NCBI GenBank assembly: GCA_964590725.1
Contig: CAZPWF010000003.1
Span: 1,649 to 65,648 of the forward strand
DNA length: 64,000 nt
Source of the DNA: an uncultured Candidatus Saccharibacteria bacterium
Lineage (GTDB): Bacteria > Patescibacteriota > Saccharimonadia > Saccharimonadales > JACQNP01
Reading direction: 5' to 3'
Each line of letters begins with the position of its first letter. Positions within the stretch are counted from its first letter, which is position 1. Position numbers and translations under genes: made by a program. This document shows, one piece after another, positions 28,606 to 36,159 of the stretch. The notes under the pieces are model-generated. The model had not been told where the DNA came from and made no database searches. It saw nothing but the letters and a program-made list of their open reading frames with translations.

Positions 28606-28707
28606 GAACAAGTAAATTATTAAACAGGTGAGTTAATTAATCCTTCCTGTACTATCCCGTGTAGGGACGTATGGGCAAAAGATTCACCGATGACGAAAGG
28701 ATAATAT

Positions 28708-29463
28708 ATGGCATCAGTAGATGTTGATATTAAAAAACTATTAGAAGCTGGTGCGCATTTTGGCCACAAGACTAGCCGATGGCACCCAAAGATGGCTCCT
28801 TATATTCACAGCAAGCGTGAAGGTACCCATATAATTGATCTGACCAAAACGGTCGAAGCATTAAATCTTGCACTTGGATTTATTGAAGATCAAGCTTCAG
28901 AAGGCAAGCAGATTTTGTTTGTAGGTACGAAGCGTCAGGCACACGATGTTGTTAAGCAGGCTGCAGTAGATACAAACATGCCATACGTTGTAGAGCGTTG
29001 GCTTGGTGGCATGATTACTAATCGCAACACTATTGGCGGTCGCGTCAAACATCTTAAAGACTTAGAGACTAAGATGGAAAACGGACAGCTTGCTCACAAA
29101 TATAACAAGCTTGAAGTTCAGCGATTCCAGGAAGAAATTGACGAGATGAATCACCTTTACGGCGGTATTAAAGAATTGGCCGCAAAGCCCGGGGCCTTGT
29201 ATATCGTAGACGTTGTCCATGAGATTAATGCAGTCAGAGAAGCTAAAAAGCTTGGTATACCAATTGTCGCAATCGTTGACACAAACGCTGATCCTACTGA
29301 CATCGATTACCCAATCCCAGCTAATGATGATGCGATTAAAACAATTGCTTTGATTACAGGATATGTTCAGCAAGCGGTAGAAACTGGCAAGGCAAAATAT
29401 GCAAAGAAAGCAGAAAAGGCTGCCCCAAAACCTGATAAAGACGAAAAGGAAGGCGAAAAGTAA
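28708..29463 (+). CDS. rpsB: 30S ribosomal protein S2
   Basis: LLEAGAHFGHKTSRWHPKM, VGTKRQA and ERWLGGMITN, with gaaagga upstream. Confidence 0.95.
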   Translation: MASVDVDIKKLLEAGAHFGHKTSRWHPKMAPYIHSKREGTHIIDLTKTVEALNLALGFIEDQASEGKQILFVGTKRQAHDVVKQAAVDTNMPYVVERWLGGMITNRNTIGGRVKHLKDLETKMENGQLAHKYNKLEVQRFQEEIDEMNHLYGGIKELAAKPGALYIVDVVHEINAVREAKKLGIPIVAIVDTNADPTDIDYPIPANDDAIKTIALITGYVQQAVETGKAKYAKKAEKAAPKPDKDEKEGEK

Positions 29464-30060
29464 ATGGCGATAAATATTGATGACATTAAGAGACTAAAGA
29501 GTTTGACTGGCGTAGGTTTGACCGACGCTAAAGCTGCACTCGAAGAAGTTGGTGGTGATTTTGACAAAGCTCTAGCTGCTATGCGTAAAAAAGGTCTGAC
29601 CAAGGCTGAAAAACGCGGCGAACGCGAAGCCCGAGCTGGAATCGTAGGTAATTACAATCACGATAACCGAATTGGCGTACTTGTAGAAGTGAACTGCGAA
29701 ACTGATTTTGTGGCTCGTAACGAAATCTTTACAGATTTTGTTAAGGATGTGGCTATGCATATTGCAGCCAGTAGTCCCGAATATGTCAGCATAGATGATA
29801 TCTCAGCAGAGGATCGTGATTCTAAAAAGGCTGAATTTGCAGACAAGGCAAAAGCAGACGGCAAGCCAGAAAATATGATCGACAATATCGTTGATGGAAT
29901 GCTAAAGAAGCACTTCGCTGAGAAGTGTTTGCTAGATCAGCCTTTTGTGAAGAACCCAGATATTACTGTTGGCGAATACGTCAAAGAGCACAATGCCAAA
30001 CTTGGCGAAAATATTGTTGTTCGTCGCTTCAGTCGTATGGCCCTAGGTGAAGTAAGCTAA
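29464..30060 (+). CDS. tsf: elongation factor Ts (short, 198-aa form)
   Basis: IKRLKSLTGVGLTDAKAALEEVGGDFDKALAAMRKKG (UBA-like N-domain) and VLVEVNCETDFVARNE. It starts 1 nt after the rpsB stop. Confidence 0.92.
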   Translation: MAINIDDIKRLKSLTGVGLTDAKAALEEVGGDFDKALAAMRKKGLTKAEKRGEREARAGIVGNYNHDNRIGVLVEVNCETDFVARNEIFTDFVKDVAMHIAASSPEYVSIDDISAEDRDSKKAEFADKAKADGKPENMIDNIVDGMLKKHFAEKCLLDQPFVKNPDITVGEYVKEHNAKLGENIVVRRFSRMALGEVS

Positions 30061-30077
30061 AAATATCTGGTTCGTGG

Positions 30078-30086
30078 TGATATAAT
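30078..30086 (+). promoter_or_regulatory. extended -10 promoter element TGaTATAAT, 8 nt before the start codon (leaderless-type)
   Basis: tgatataat, then acgttcgt, then the ATG at 30095. No Shine-Dalgarno sequence. Confidence 0.55.
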
Positions 30087-30094
30087 ACGTTCGT

Positions 30095-30328
30095 ATGAGA
30101 TTACGTGAATACCGAGAGTGCCTGGTTGATCCAGAGGCAAGGGTTCACGTTCGAATTGCCCAGAATATATTAGCGATTATCGCCAGAGTTGAAGAAATTA
30201 CTGAAGAGGATCGTGTGGGGACATTTCCGGTTGTTGAAACTATCGAGATGCCCTGGCGCCAGACAGTAGTTCGTGATGAAACAGAGCTAAACGAATTAAT
30301 GAGAACGTACGAAGAAGGCGGAATGTAA
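30095..30328 (+). CDS. hypothetical small protein (77 aa), first of three coupled ORFs at the pyrH position
   Basis: The ATG lies 8 nt after an extended -10 (tgatataat, 30078-30086), with no Shine-Dalgarno sequence. Its stop overlaps the next ATG (taATG). The protein is acidic and I recognise no family. Confidence 0.5.
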   Translation: MRLREYRECLVDPEARVHVRIAQNILAIIARVEEITEEDRVGTFPVVETIEMPWRQTVVRDETELNELMRTYEEGGM

Positions 30329-30609
30329 TGCGGCATGAAATTGCGATCGATTTGGCTAAAGGTGTAACCGAAACCATTACTGCCGAAACTTGGAGTGGTA
30401 TCGACCCACACAAAGTTATCGAACATATGGTATCGACAATTAATCCTGAAGACAGGCACAAACTCGTAGGTAATGTCAGTCTTAGGAGATTGGCAGATCT
30501 ATCTAATCCATATAATATTTCAGACAGTTTGAGAGCAGTCTTAGCGGAAAAGTCACCAAAAATGCTCGAAGACATAGATCGTTGGGCCCAAGAAGACCGT
30601 TACAGATAA
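30328..30609 (+). CDS. hypothetical small protein (93 aa), second coupled ORF
   Basis: Its start overlaps the previous stop by 1 nt. No TM segment and no recognisable motif. Confidence 0.5.
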   Translation: MRHEIAIDLAKGVTETITAETWSGIDPHKVIEHMVSTINPEDRHKLVGNVSLRRLADLSNPYNISDSLRAVLAEKSPKMLEDIDRWAQEDRYR

Positions 30610-30610
30610 T

Positions 30611-30877
30611 ATGGATAATAAACTAAGTAGTAGTATGAAATATTTTGACAGACCTACTGATGATCGGACAAGCGCAGCTTTGGCAAGGGGTGCGACTGTA
30701 TTGCCCGACCTGGGAGGTGGTTTGCCTCCTATAGATATTGATTGGGAAATCTATAATAATTGCTTAACTAGGGTGCTTAAAAACCTTAGAGACAACCGAG
30801 TTGAAAAAGTATTAGAGGCGCCTAACGAGCCACGCATAGCAAGAATACCTAGCAACATAATATTAGGAGAAAACTAA
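30611..30877 (+). CDS. hypothetical small protein (88 aa), third coupled ORF
   Basis: It starts 1 nt after the previous stop and ends 3 nt before frr. No recognisable motif. Confidence 0.5.
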   Translation: MDNKLSSSMKYFDRPTDDRTSAALARGATVLPDLGGGLPPIDIDWEIYNNCLTRVLKNLRDNRVEKVLEAPNEPRIARIPSNIILGEN

Positions 30878-30880
30878 ACA

Positions 30881-31444
30881 ATGAGCCCAGCACAAATCGT
30901 AGAAGACGCTAAAAAGAAATGTAACGGTGCGTTAGAACATTTTAAAGAAGACCTAAAAAAGCTAAGAACAGGTCGAGCCCACCCGAGTATGCTTGATAGT
31001 GTCATGGTGGAGGCTTATGGTTCACAAATGCCGCTTATTCAGGTTGGCACTATAACTGTTCCAGAAGGTCAATTATTGCAAATCACTCCATTTGATCCAG
31101 GTAATATTGACGCGATTTGCGCAGCTATTCGTAATAATCAGAGCTTGGGGCTTAATCCTATGGATGATGGCCGAGTTGTGAGAATTCAGATACCGGCACT
31201 TACAGAAGAGCGTCGTCGAGAAATAACTAAGCAAGTCGGAGTAAAGCATGAAGAATGTATGATTTCACTTCGGAATCTTCGACATGACGCGCTAGATGCA
31301 ATCGAAAAATCCAAGAAAGACAAAGAAATCGGCGAAGATGAAGCCAAGCGACTGGTTTTACAGATAGAAGAAGCTATGACTAAGGTCAAATCTGAGGCTG
31401 AAGCTACTGCCAAATCCAAAGAACAAGAGATTCTAACTGTTTAG
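30881..31444 (+). CDS. frr: ribosome recycling factor
   Basis: LRTGRAHPSMLDSVMVEAYG, ITVPEGQLLQITPFD and IPALTEERRREI. 187 aa. Confidence 0.95.
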   Translation: MSPAQIVEDAKKKCNGALEHFKEDLKKLRTGRAHPSMLDSVMVEAYGSQMPLIQVGTITVPEGQLLQITPFDPGNIDAICAAIRNNQSLGLNPMDDGRVVRIQIPALTEERRREITKQVGVKHEECMISLRNLRHDALDAIEKSKKDKEIGEDEAKRLVLQIEEAMTKVKSEAEATAKSKEQEILTV

Positions 31445-31467
31445 TCAGCCAGTTTTCAGCTTTGGTT

Positions 31468-31476
31468 TGATATAAT
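31468..31476 (+). promoter_or_regulatory. extended -10 TGaTATAAT, 9 nt before the uppS ATG
   Basis: tgatataat, then tatttgtac, then the ATG at 31486. Confidence 0.5.
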
Positions 31477-31485
31477 TATTTGTAC

Positions 31486-32178
31486 ATGTCAGAAATAGCA
31501 GAACCAGTACACCTAGGATTTATATTAGACGGAAATAGACGGTGGGCAAAAGAGCAGGGTCTGCCAACTCTCGAAGGGCATAAGCGTGGATCAGAAGTCT
31601 TCCAAGAGATTGCTTTGCATGCTTTTAAACGGGGCGTAACGTGTGTCTCGGGTTTTGTATTTTCTACTGAAAATTGGCAAAGGACCGAAGAAGAAGTCGG
31701 TTATCTTATGAGGTTAGTTAGTAAAGCGGTTGATAATTATTTAGAAACTTTTCACGCTGAAGGAATAAAGATTGTTATATTAGGACGCCGCGATGGTCTT
31801 CGAGCTAGGGTGTTAAAGTCAATACAAAAGGCCGAGGAAACAACTAAAAATAACACCAAAGGCACACTGGCACTTTGCTTTAACTATGGCGGCAAAGACG
31901 AAATTGTCGATGCGGTTAAGCAAATAGTTGATTCAGGATTGGATTCTTCGCAGATTTCTACCGAAACGGTCAGCGAAAACTTATACCACCCGGAATTACC
32001 GGATATTGATATGTTAATAAGGACTTCTGGTGAGCAAAGGTTGAGCGGTTTTATGCTGTGGAGAGCTGCCTACGCAGAACTATATTTTTGTAATAAATTT
32101 TGGCCAGCGTTTACGACAGAAGATTTAGATAAAGTTTTAGAGTGTTATGGTTCAAGAGAAAGAAGGTTTGGAAACTAA
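31486..32178 (+). CDS. uppS: isoprenyl (undecaprenyl) diphosphate synthase
   Basis: HLGFILDGNRRWA, VFSTENWQR and RTSGEQRLSGFMLWRAAYAELYF. I chose the ATG at 31486 because an extended -10 (tgatataat, 31468-31476) covers the tracked TTG start region. Confidence 0.9.
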   Translation: MSEIAEPVHLGFILDGNRRWAKEQGLPTLEGHKRGSEVFQEIALHAFKRGVTCVSGFVFSTENWQRTEEEVGYLMRLVSKAVDNYLETFHAEGIKIVILGRRDGLRARVLKSIQKAEETTKNNTKGTLALCFNYGGKDEIVDAVKQIVDSGLDSSQISTETVSENLYHPELPDIDMLIRTSGEQRLSGFMLWRAAYAELYFCNKFWPAFTTEDLDKVLECYGSRERRFGN

Positions 32179-33306
32179 ATGTCCTTAGGGTTATTAATTT
32201 TTGGGTTGTTTGCGTTCGTTGGATTGGTGATTGTTCATGAGTGGGGACATTTTATCGCCGCTCGTCGCAACGGAGTGGATGTGGAAGAATTTGGTGTTGG
32301 GTTTCCTCCTAAAGCACTGACTATCACCAAGAAAAAAGGCACAGAATATACGCTCAATTGGCTTCCTCTTGGCGGGTTTGTCCGACTAAAGGGCGAACAT
32401 GATGCCGATACTGAAAAGGGTAGCTATGGCGCAGCAAGTCTAAAAACCAAAATAAAAATCATGGTGGCCGGTGTAGGTATGAACCTAATTACAGCTTTTA
32501 TATTGTTTACTTTAGTTGCCCTGATAGGTATGCCGCACTTAGTAAAGGATCAGTTTGTCGTGTCTTCTGACTCGAAAATATCCCAGCAAAAGGTATACAT
32601 TGGGAAAATAGATAATGATTCCCCCGCAGCAAAAGCTGGCTTAAAGCAAAAAGACCAGATAATTAAAATTACGGATAAAGACGGACAAGAAATAATCATT
32701 ACCGATGCTGCAAAATTACTAGAAACTACAAAAAAACTATCAGGGCAAGAAATATCAGTAACCGTTGTTAGAAATGGGCAGGAGCAGCAAGCCAAAACTT
32801 CGCTTCTGGCATCTGCAGAGGTTGAAGCCAGTAAAAAAACAAGTAATCCAAAGGGATATCTTGGAATTATCCCATCAGAATTAGTTTTGAGACGATCAAC
32901 ATGGTCTGCGCCTATTGTAGCTCTGGGGACAATGAAACAGTTCACGGTGCTTACGCTAAAAGGTATAGGTTCTGCTCTGGCAGGAGTATTTAGCGGAAAT
33001 GGCTCTAAGGCGGCAGAACAGGTATCTGGCCCTGTTGGTATATTCGTAGTTCTAAGAGATGGGAGCTCACTAGGTGTTGCATTCGTATTAATGATAATCG
33101 CAGTAATATCTCTAACCTTAGCAATTATGAACATTCTACCGATTCCAGCCTTGGATGGTGGAAGACTGTTTGTAACTTTGCTTTACAGGGTTCGCGGTAA
33201 AAAACTTACACCAAAGATGGAGGAGCGAATTCACGGTACTGGCATGGCTGTCCTGTTAGCTTTGTTTGTTCTTATAACAGTTGTTGATGTTAGGAGATTT
33301 TTCTAG
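32179..33306 (+). CDS. rseP: site-2 (RIP) zinc metalloprotease RseP family
   Basis: HExxH within TM1 (VIVHEWGHFIAAR), an internal PDZ (DSPAAKAGLKQKDQIIKI), and a C-terminal NILPIPALDGG motif. It starts 1 nt after the uppS stop. Confidence 0.88.
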   Translation: MSLGLLIFGLFAFVGLVIVHEWGHFIAARRNGVDVEEFGVGFPPKALTITKKKGTEYTLNWLPLGGFVRLKGEHDADTEKGSYGAASLKTKIKIMVAGVGMNLITAFILFTLVALIGMPHLVKDQFVVSSDSKISQQKVYIGKIDNDSPAAKAGLKQKDQIIKITDKDGQEIIITDAAKLLETTKKLSGQEISVTVVRNGQEQQAKTSLLASAEVEASKKTSNPKGYLGIIPSELVLRRSTWSAPIVALGTMKQFTVLTLKGIGSALAGVFSGNGSKAAEQVSGPVGIFVVLRDGSSLGVAFVLMIIAVISLTLAIMNILPIPALDGGRLFVTLLYRVRGKKLTPKMEERIHGTGMAVLLALFVLITVVDVRRFF

Positions 33307-34087
33307 CGTGGTGGAAGAAAAAATACCCAAAAAACAACTTAAGCTGCGAGATTGGGGTCCGATAAGTTCTATTGTGGTGACAATAGCCGGCTTTTTACTG
33401 GCTCAGATTGTAGCTATGGCTGCACTGGGTATATATGCCGGTTTTCGTGGTTGGGACAGTAATACGACCACAAAGATGCTCGAATCGTCCGTTTGGCTGA
33501 CATTTGCCTTTAGTGTCCTGGTATATGGTTTGTATTTGTGGTTTATAAAAGTATTTCTAAAGTGGACCAAGCATTCTTTCAAAGATGTGGGCTGGGTCAT
33601 TCCAAAGAGTTTATTGGTGACCTTGGCCTACATACTTGGCGGTTTTGTCATATATTTTATACTAGCCATCGTAGCTTCTGCTATAACCAAGGCGGTTTTT
33701 CCAAGTGTTAACCTAGATCAAAAACAAGAGCTCGGGTTTAGTGCCAACGCATCGGGATTATCGTTAATTCCAATATTTCTGGCGTTGGTTATTATACCTC
33801 CGTTAGCCGAAGAGATTGTCTGTAGAGGGTTCCTTTATACCGGACTACGCAAAAAACTACATGTCATTACTGCCGGGATAATTACGAGCATTATATTTGC
33901 ATCAGCACATTTACAGTGGGGTAGTGATGCTCCGTTACTCTGGGCGGCTGCGATCGATACTTTTGTTTTGTCGGCGGTACTCATATATGTAAGAGAGAAA
34001 TCTGGCAGTTTGGCTGCTCCAATTGGCATACATATGCTCAAGAATGGACTGGCATTTCTGGCGCTGTTTATTTTACGCCTTGCATAG
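33287..34087 (+). CDS. CPBP-family intramembrane glutamic endopeptidase (CAAX protease-like)
   Basis: Polytopic. Motif 1 is EEIVCRGFLY and motif 2 is FASAHL. The start is uncertain: TTG 33281, ATG 33287, or GTG 33308 downstream of aggag. Confidence 0.75.
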   Translation: MLGDFSSVVEEKIPKKQLKLRDWGPISSIVVTIAGFLLAQIVAMAALGIYAGFRGWDSNTTTKMLESSVWLTFAFSVLVYGLYLWFIKVFLKWTKHSFKDVGWVIPKSLLVTLAYILGGFVIYFILAIVASAITKAVFPSVNLDQKQELGFSANASGLSLIPIFLALVIIPPLAEEIVCRGFLYTGLRKKLHVITAGIITSIIFASAHLQWGSDAPLLWAAAIDTFVLSAVLIYVREKSGSLAAPIGIHMLKNGLAFLALFILRLA

Positions 34088-34207
34088 CAAAACTTGCGTG
34101 ATATACTGGGCTCATGCAAAAGAACATGGTGATTATTATGACACCAAAGACCTGCCCAAGGGTCTGATGTTTTTTGTATAAAATAACAATCAAAAAGCAT
34201 ATTCAGA

Positions 34208-34231
34208 CCCCTCCCATAAGAGGGGGTTTTT
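34208..34231 (+). terminator. rho-independent terminator-like hairpin upstream of proS
   Basis: cccctc / ccataa / gagggg stem-loop followed by gTTTTT. A weaker one (agacc-tgcccaag-ggtct + gatgTTTTTTg) lies at 34148-34176. Confidence 0.6.
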
Positions 34232-34302
34232 AATAAGCTTACACATAGACTAAAGTATACGAGGGTAAATACTGATTATTTTCAGTCATAAAAAGGACTA
34301 AG

Positions 34303-35550
34303 ATGAAGCTATCAAATAACTTTACTAAAACCAGAAAGCAACCTCCAGCCGAGGAGACTGCTCGTAATGCTCAATTGCTTATACAGGCAGGCTTTATTAA
34401 TAAGGAAATGGCGGGCGTGTACGCCTATCTGCCGCTAGGGCTTAAAGTACTAGAAAATATTAAGCAGATTGTTCGTGAAGAAATGGATGCCATTGGTGGG
34501 CAAGAGCTAGTAATGTCTAGCTTGCAGCCAAAAGAGACGTGGGAGATTACCGAACGTTGGGATGATGAAGTTGTTGATGTATGGTTTAAGTCTGCACTAA
34601 AAGATGGAACAGAGGTGGGATTTGGCTGGTCGCATGAAGAGCCGATCATTGAAATGATCAAACATCATCTAAATAGCTACAAAGATTTGCCGATTAATGT
34701 TTACCAGTTTCAGACGAAATTACGCAATGAATTACGCGCAAAAAGCGGCATAATGCGTGGTCGCGAATTTGTTATGAAAGACATGTACTCTTGCAGTCTG
34801 GATGGAGGTCAGCATGAAAAGTTTTATCAAGAAACAGTTGATGCTTACAATCGTGTTTATGAGCGTCTAGGTATAGGCGAGGATACCTATGTGACGTTTG
34901 CTAGCGGTGGCGCATTTACGGAATTTAGTCATGAATTTCAGACTGTTTGTGACGCAGGCGAAGATGTCATTTATTTGCATAAAGAAAAAAACATTGCAGT
35001 TAATGAAGAAGTTCTTGACGAAGAAAATCTAAAAAAGCTTGGGATTGACCGTAGCGATCTTGAAAAGGTAAAAAGCGCTGAAGTAGGCAACATATTTAAC
35101 TTTGGAACCCACAAGAGCAAGCAGATGAAGTTTAGTTACACAAACGAGCAAGGTGAATTACAGTACGTTCACCTTGGTTCTTACGGTATCGGTGTTTCTC
35201 GCTTAATGGGTGTTATTGCAGAAAAATTTAGTGACGAAAAAGGCCTTGTGTGGCCAGAAGCGGTGGCGCCGGCTCGAGTTTATATCGCCAGAATCGGCCA
35301 AAATGACAAGGTTGTGTCGTACGCGGATAGCTTGTATGATGAACTGCAACAGCAAAATGTAGAGGTGCTGTATGATGACCGAGACATTCGACCTGGCGAG
35401 AAATTTGCTGACGCAGATCTGATGGGAATTCCACACCGACTTGTAATTAGCGACAAGACAATAGATCTTGACAAGGTTGAGTACAAACCCAGGATTGACC
35501 GAGACGCAAAGTTAATGAGCAAGAAAGAGTTTTTAGAGTTAATAAAGTAA
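34303..35550 (+). CDS. proS: prolyl-tRNA synthetase, bacterial-type core without the INS editing domain (415 aa)
   Basis: Motif 2 region (FQTKLRNELRAKSGIMRGREFVMKDMYS), FASGGAFTEFSHEFQ, motif 3 region (GSYGIGVSRLMGVIAE), and a C-terminal anticodon-binding domain. Only ~45 aa separate GEDVIYL from EVGNIFNFGT, where E. coli ProRS carries a ~180-aa INS domain. Confidence 0.9.
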   Translation: MKLSNNFTKTRKQPPAEETARNAQLLIQAGFINKEMAGVYAYLPLGLKVLENIKQIVREEMDAIGGQELVMSSLQPKETWEITERWDDEVVDVWFKSALKDGTEVGFGWSHEEPIIEMIKHHLNSYKDLPINVYQFQTKLRNELRAKSGIMRGREFVMKDMYSCSLDGGQHEKFYQETVDAYNRVYERLGIGEDTYVTFASGGAFTEFSHEFQTVCDAGEDVIYLHKEKNIAVNEEVLDEENLKKLGIDRSDLEKVKSAEVGNIFNFGTHKSKQMKFSYTNEQGELQYVHLGSYGIGVSRLMGVIAEKFSDEKGLVWPEAVAPARVYIARIGQNDKVVSYADSLYDELQQQNVEVLYDDRDIRPGEKFADADLMGIPHRLVISDKTIDLDKVEYKPRIDRDAKLMSKKEFLELIK

Positions 35551-35591
35551 ATCAATAAAGACCAAGGTGACATACAGGTTATAAGGAGAAT

Positions 35592-36053
35592 ATGATTATG
35601 AAGAAACAATTTCACTTAACACAAGAGGGTATAAACGAATTACAGTCGGAGCATGACCGTTTGGTTTTGCAGAGACCAGAAATTGCGGAGCGTATAAAAA
35701 CAGCTCGTGAATTTGGTGATCTTGCCGAAAATGCAGAATATAGCTCGGCTCGTCAAGAACAGGAAAAGGTAGAGTCTCGAATTGCAGAGATAGAAAACAT
35801 TTTGCAAAACGTTGCAGTAATTAAGAAGCCAAAAGGCGACAGCAAGGTTCAGCTTGGGTCAAAGGTGACACTTAAGAATGGTAAAACTAAGGAATTTCAG
35901 GTTGTGGGTACGGTCGAAGCTGATCCGTTAAATGGCAAAATATCAGACGAATCACCGATTGGTCGAGCGTTGCTAGGTAAAAAAGTTGGTGATGAGGTCG
36001 AGATTACTACCCCAGCCGACACTACTACTTATAAAGTCGCCGCGATCGCCTAG
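35592..36053 (+). CDS. greA: transcription elongation factor GreA
   Basis: aaggag Shine-Dalgarno. Coiled-coil N-domain with REFGDLAENAEYSSARQEQ, and a C-domain with ISDESPIGRALLGKKVGDEV. The start may instead be 35598. Confidence 0.92.
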   Translation: MIMKKQFHLTQEGINELQSEHDRLVLQRPEIAERIKTAREFGDLAENAEYSSARQEQEKVESRIAEIENILQNVAVIKKPKGDSKVQLGSKVTLKNGKTKEFQVVGTVEADPLNGKISDESPIGRALLGKKVGDEVEITTPADTTTYKVAAIA

Positions 36054-36159
36054 GCAGTAGCATCAATACGATAAATCTTATATTCTTATAACCAATGGCT
36101 AATTTAAAAGAACTGCGCGACGAGCGCTTACGTAAACTTGAAGAATTGAAGAATTAATA

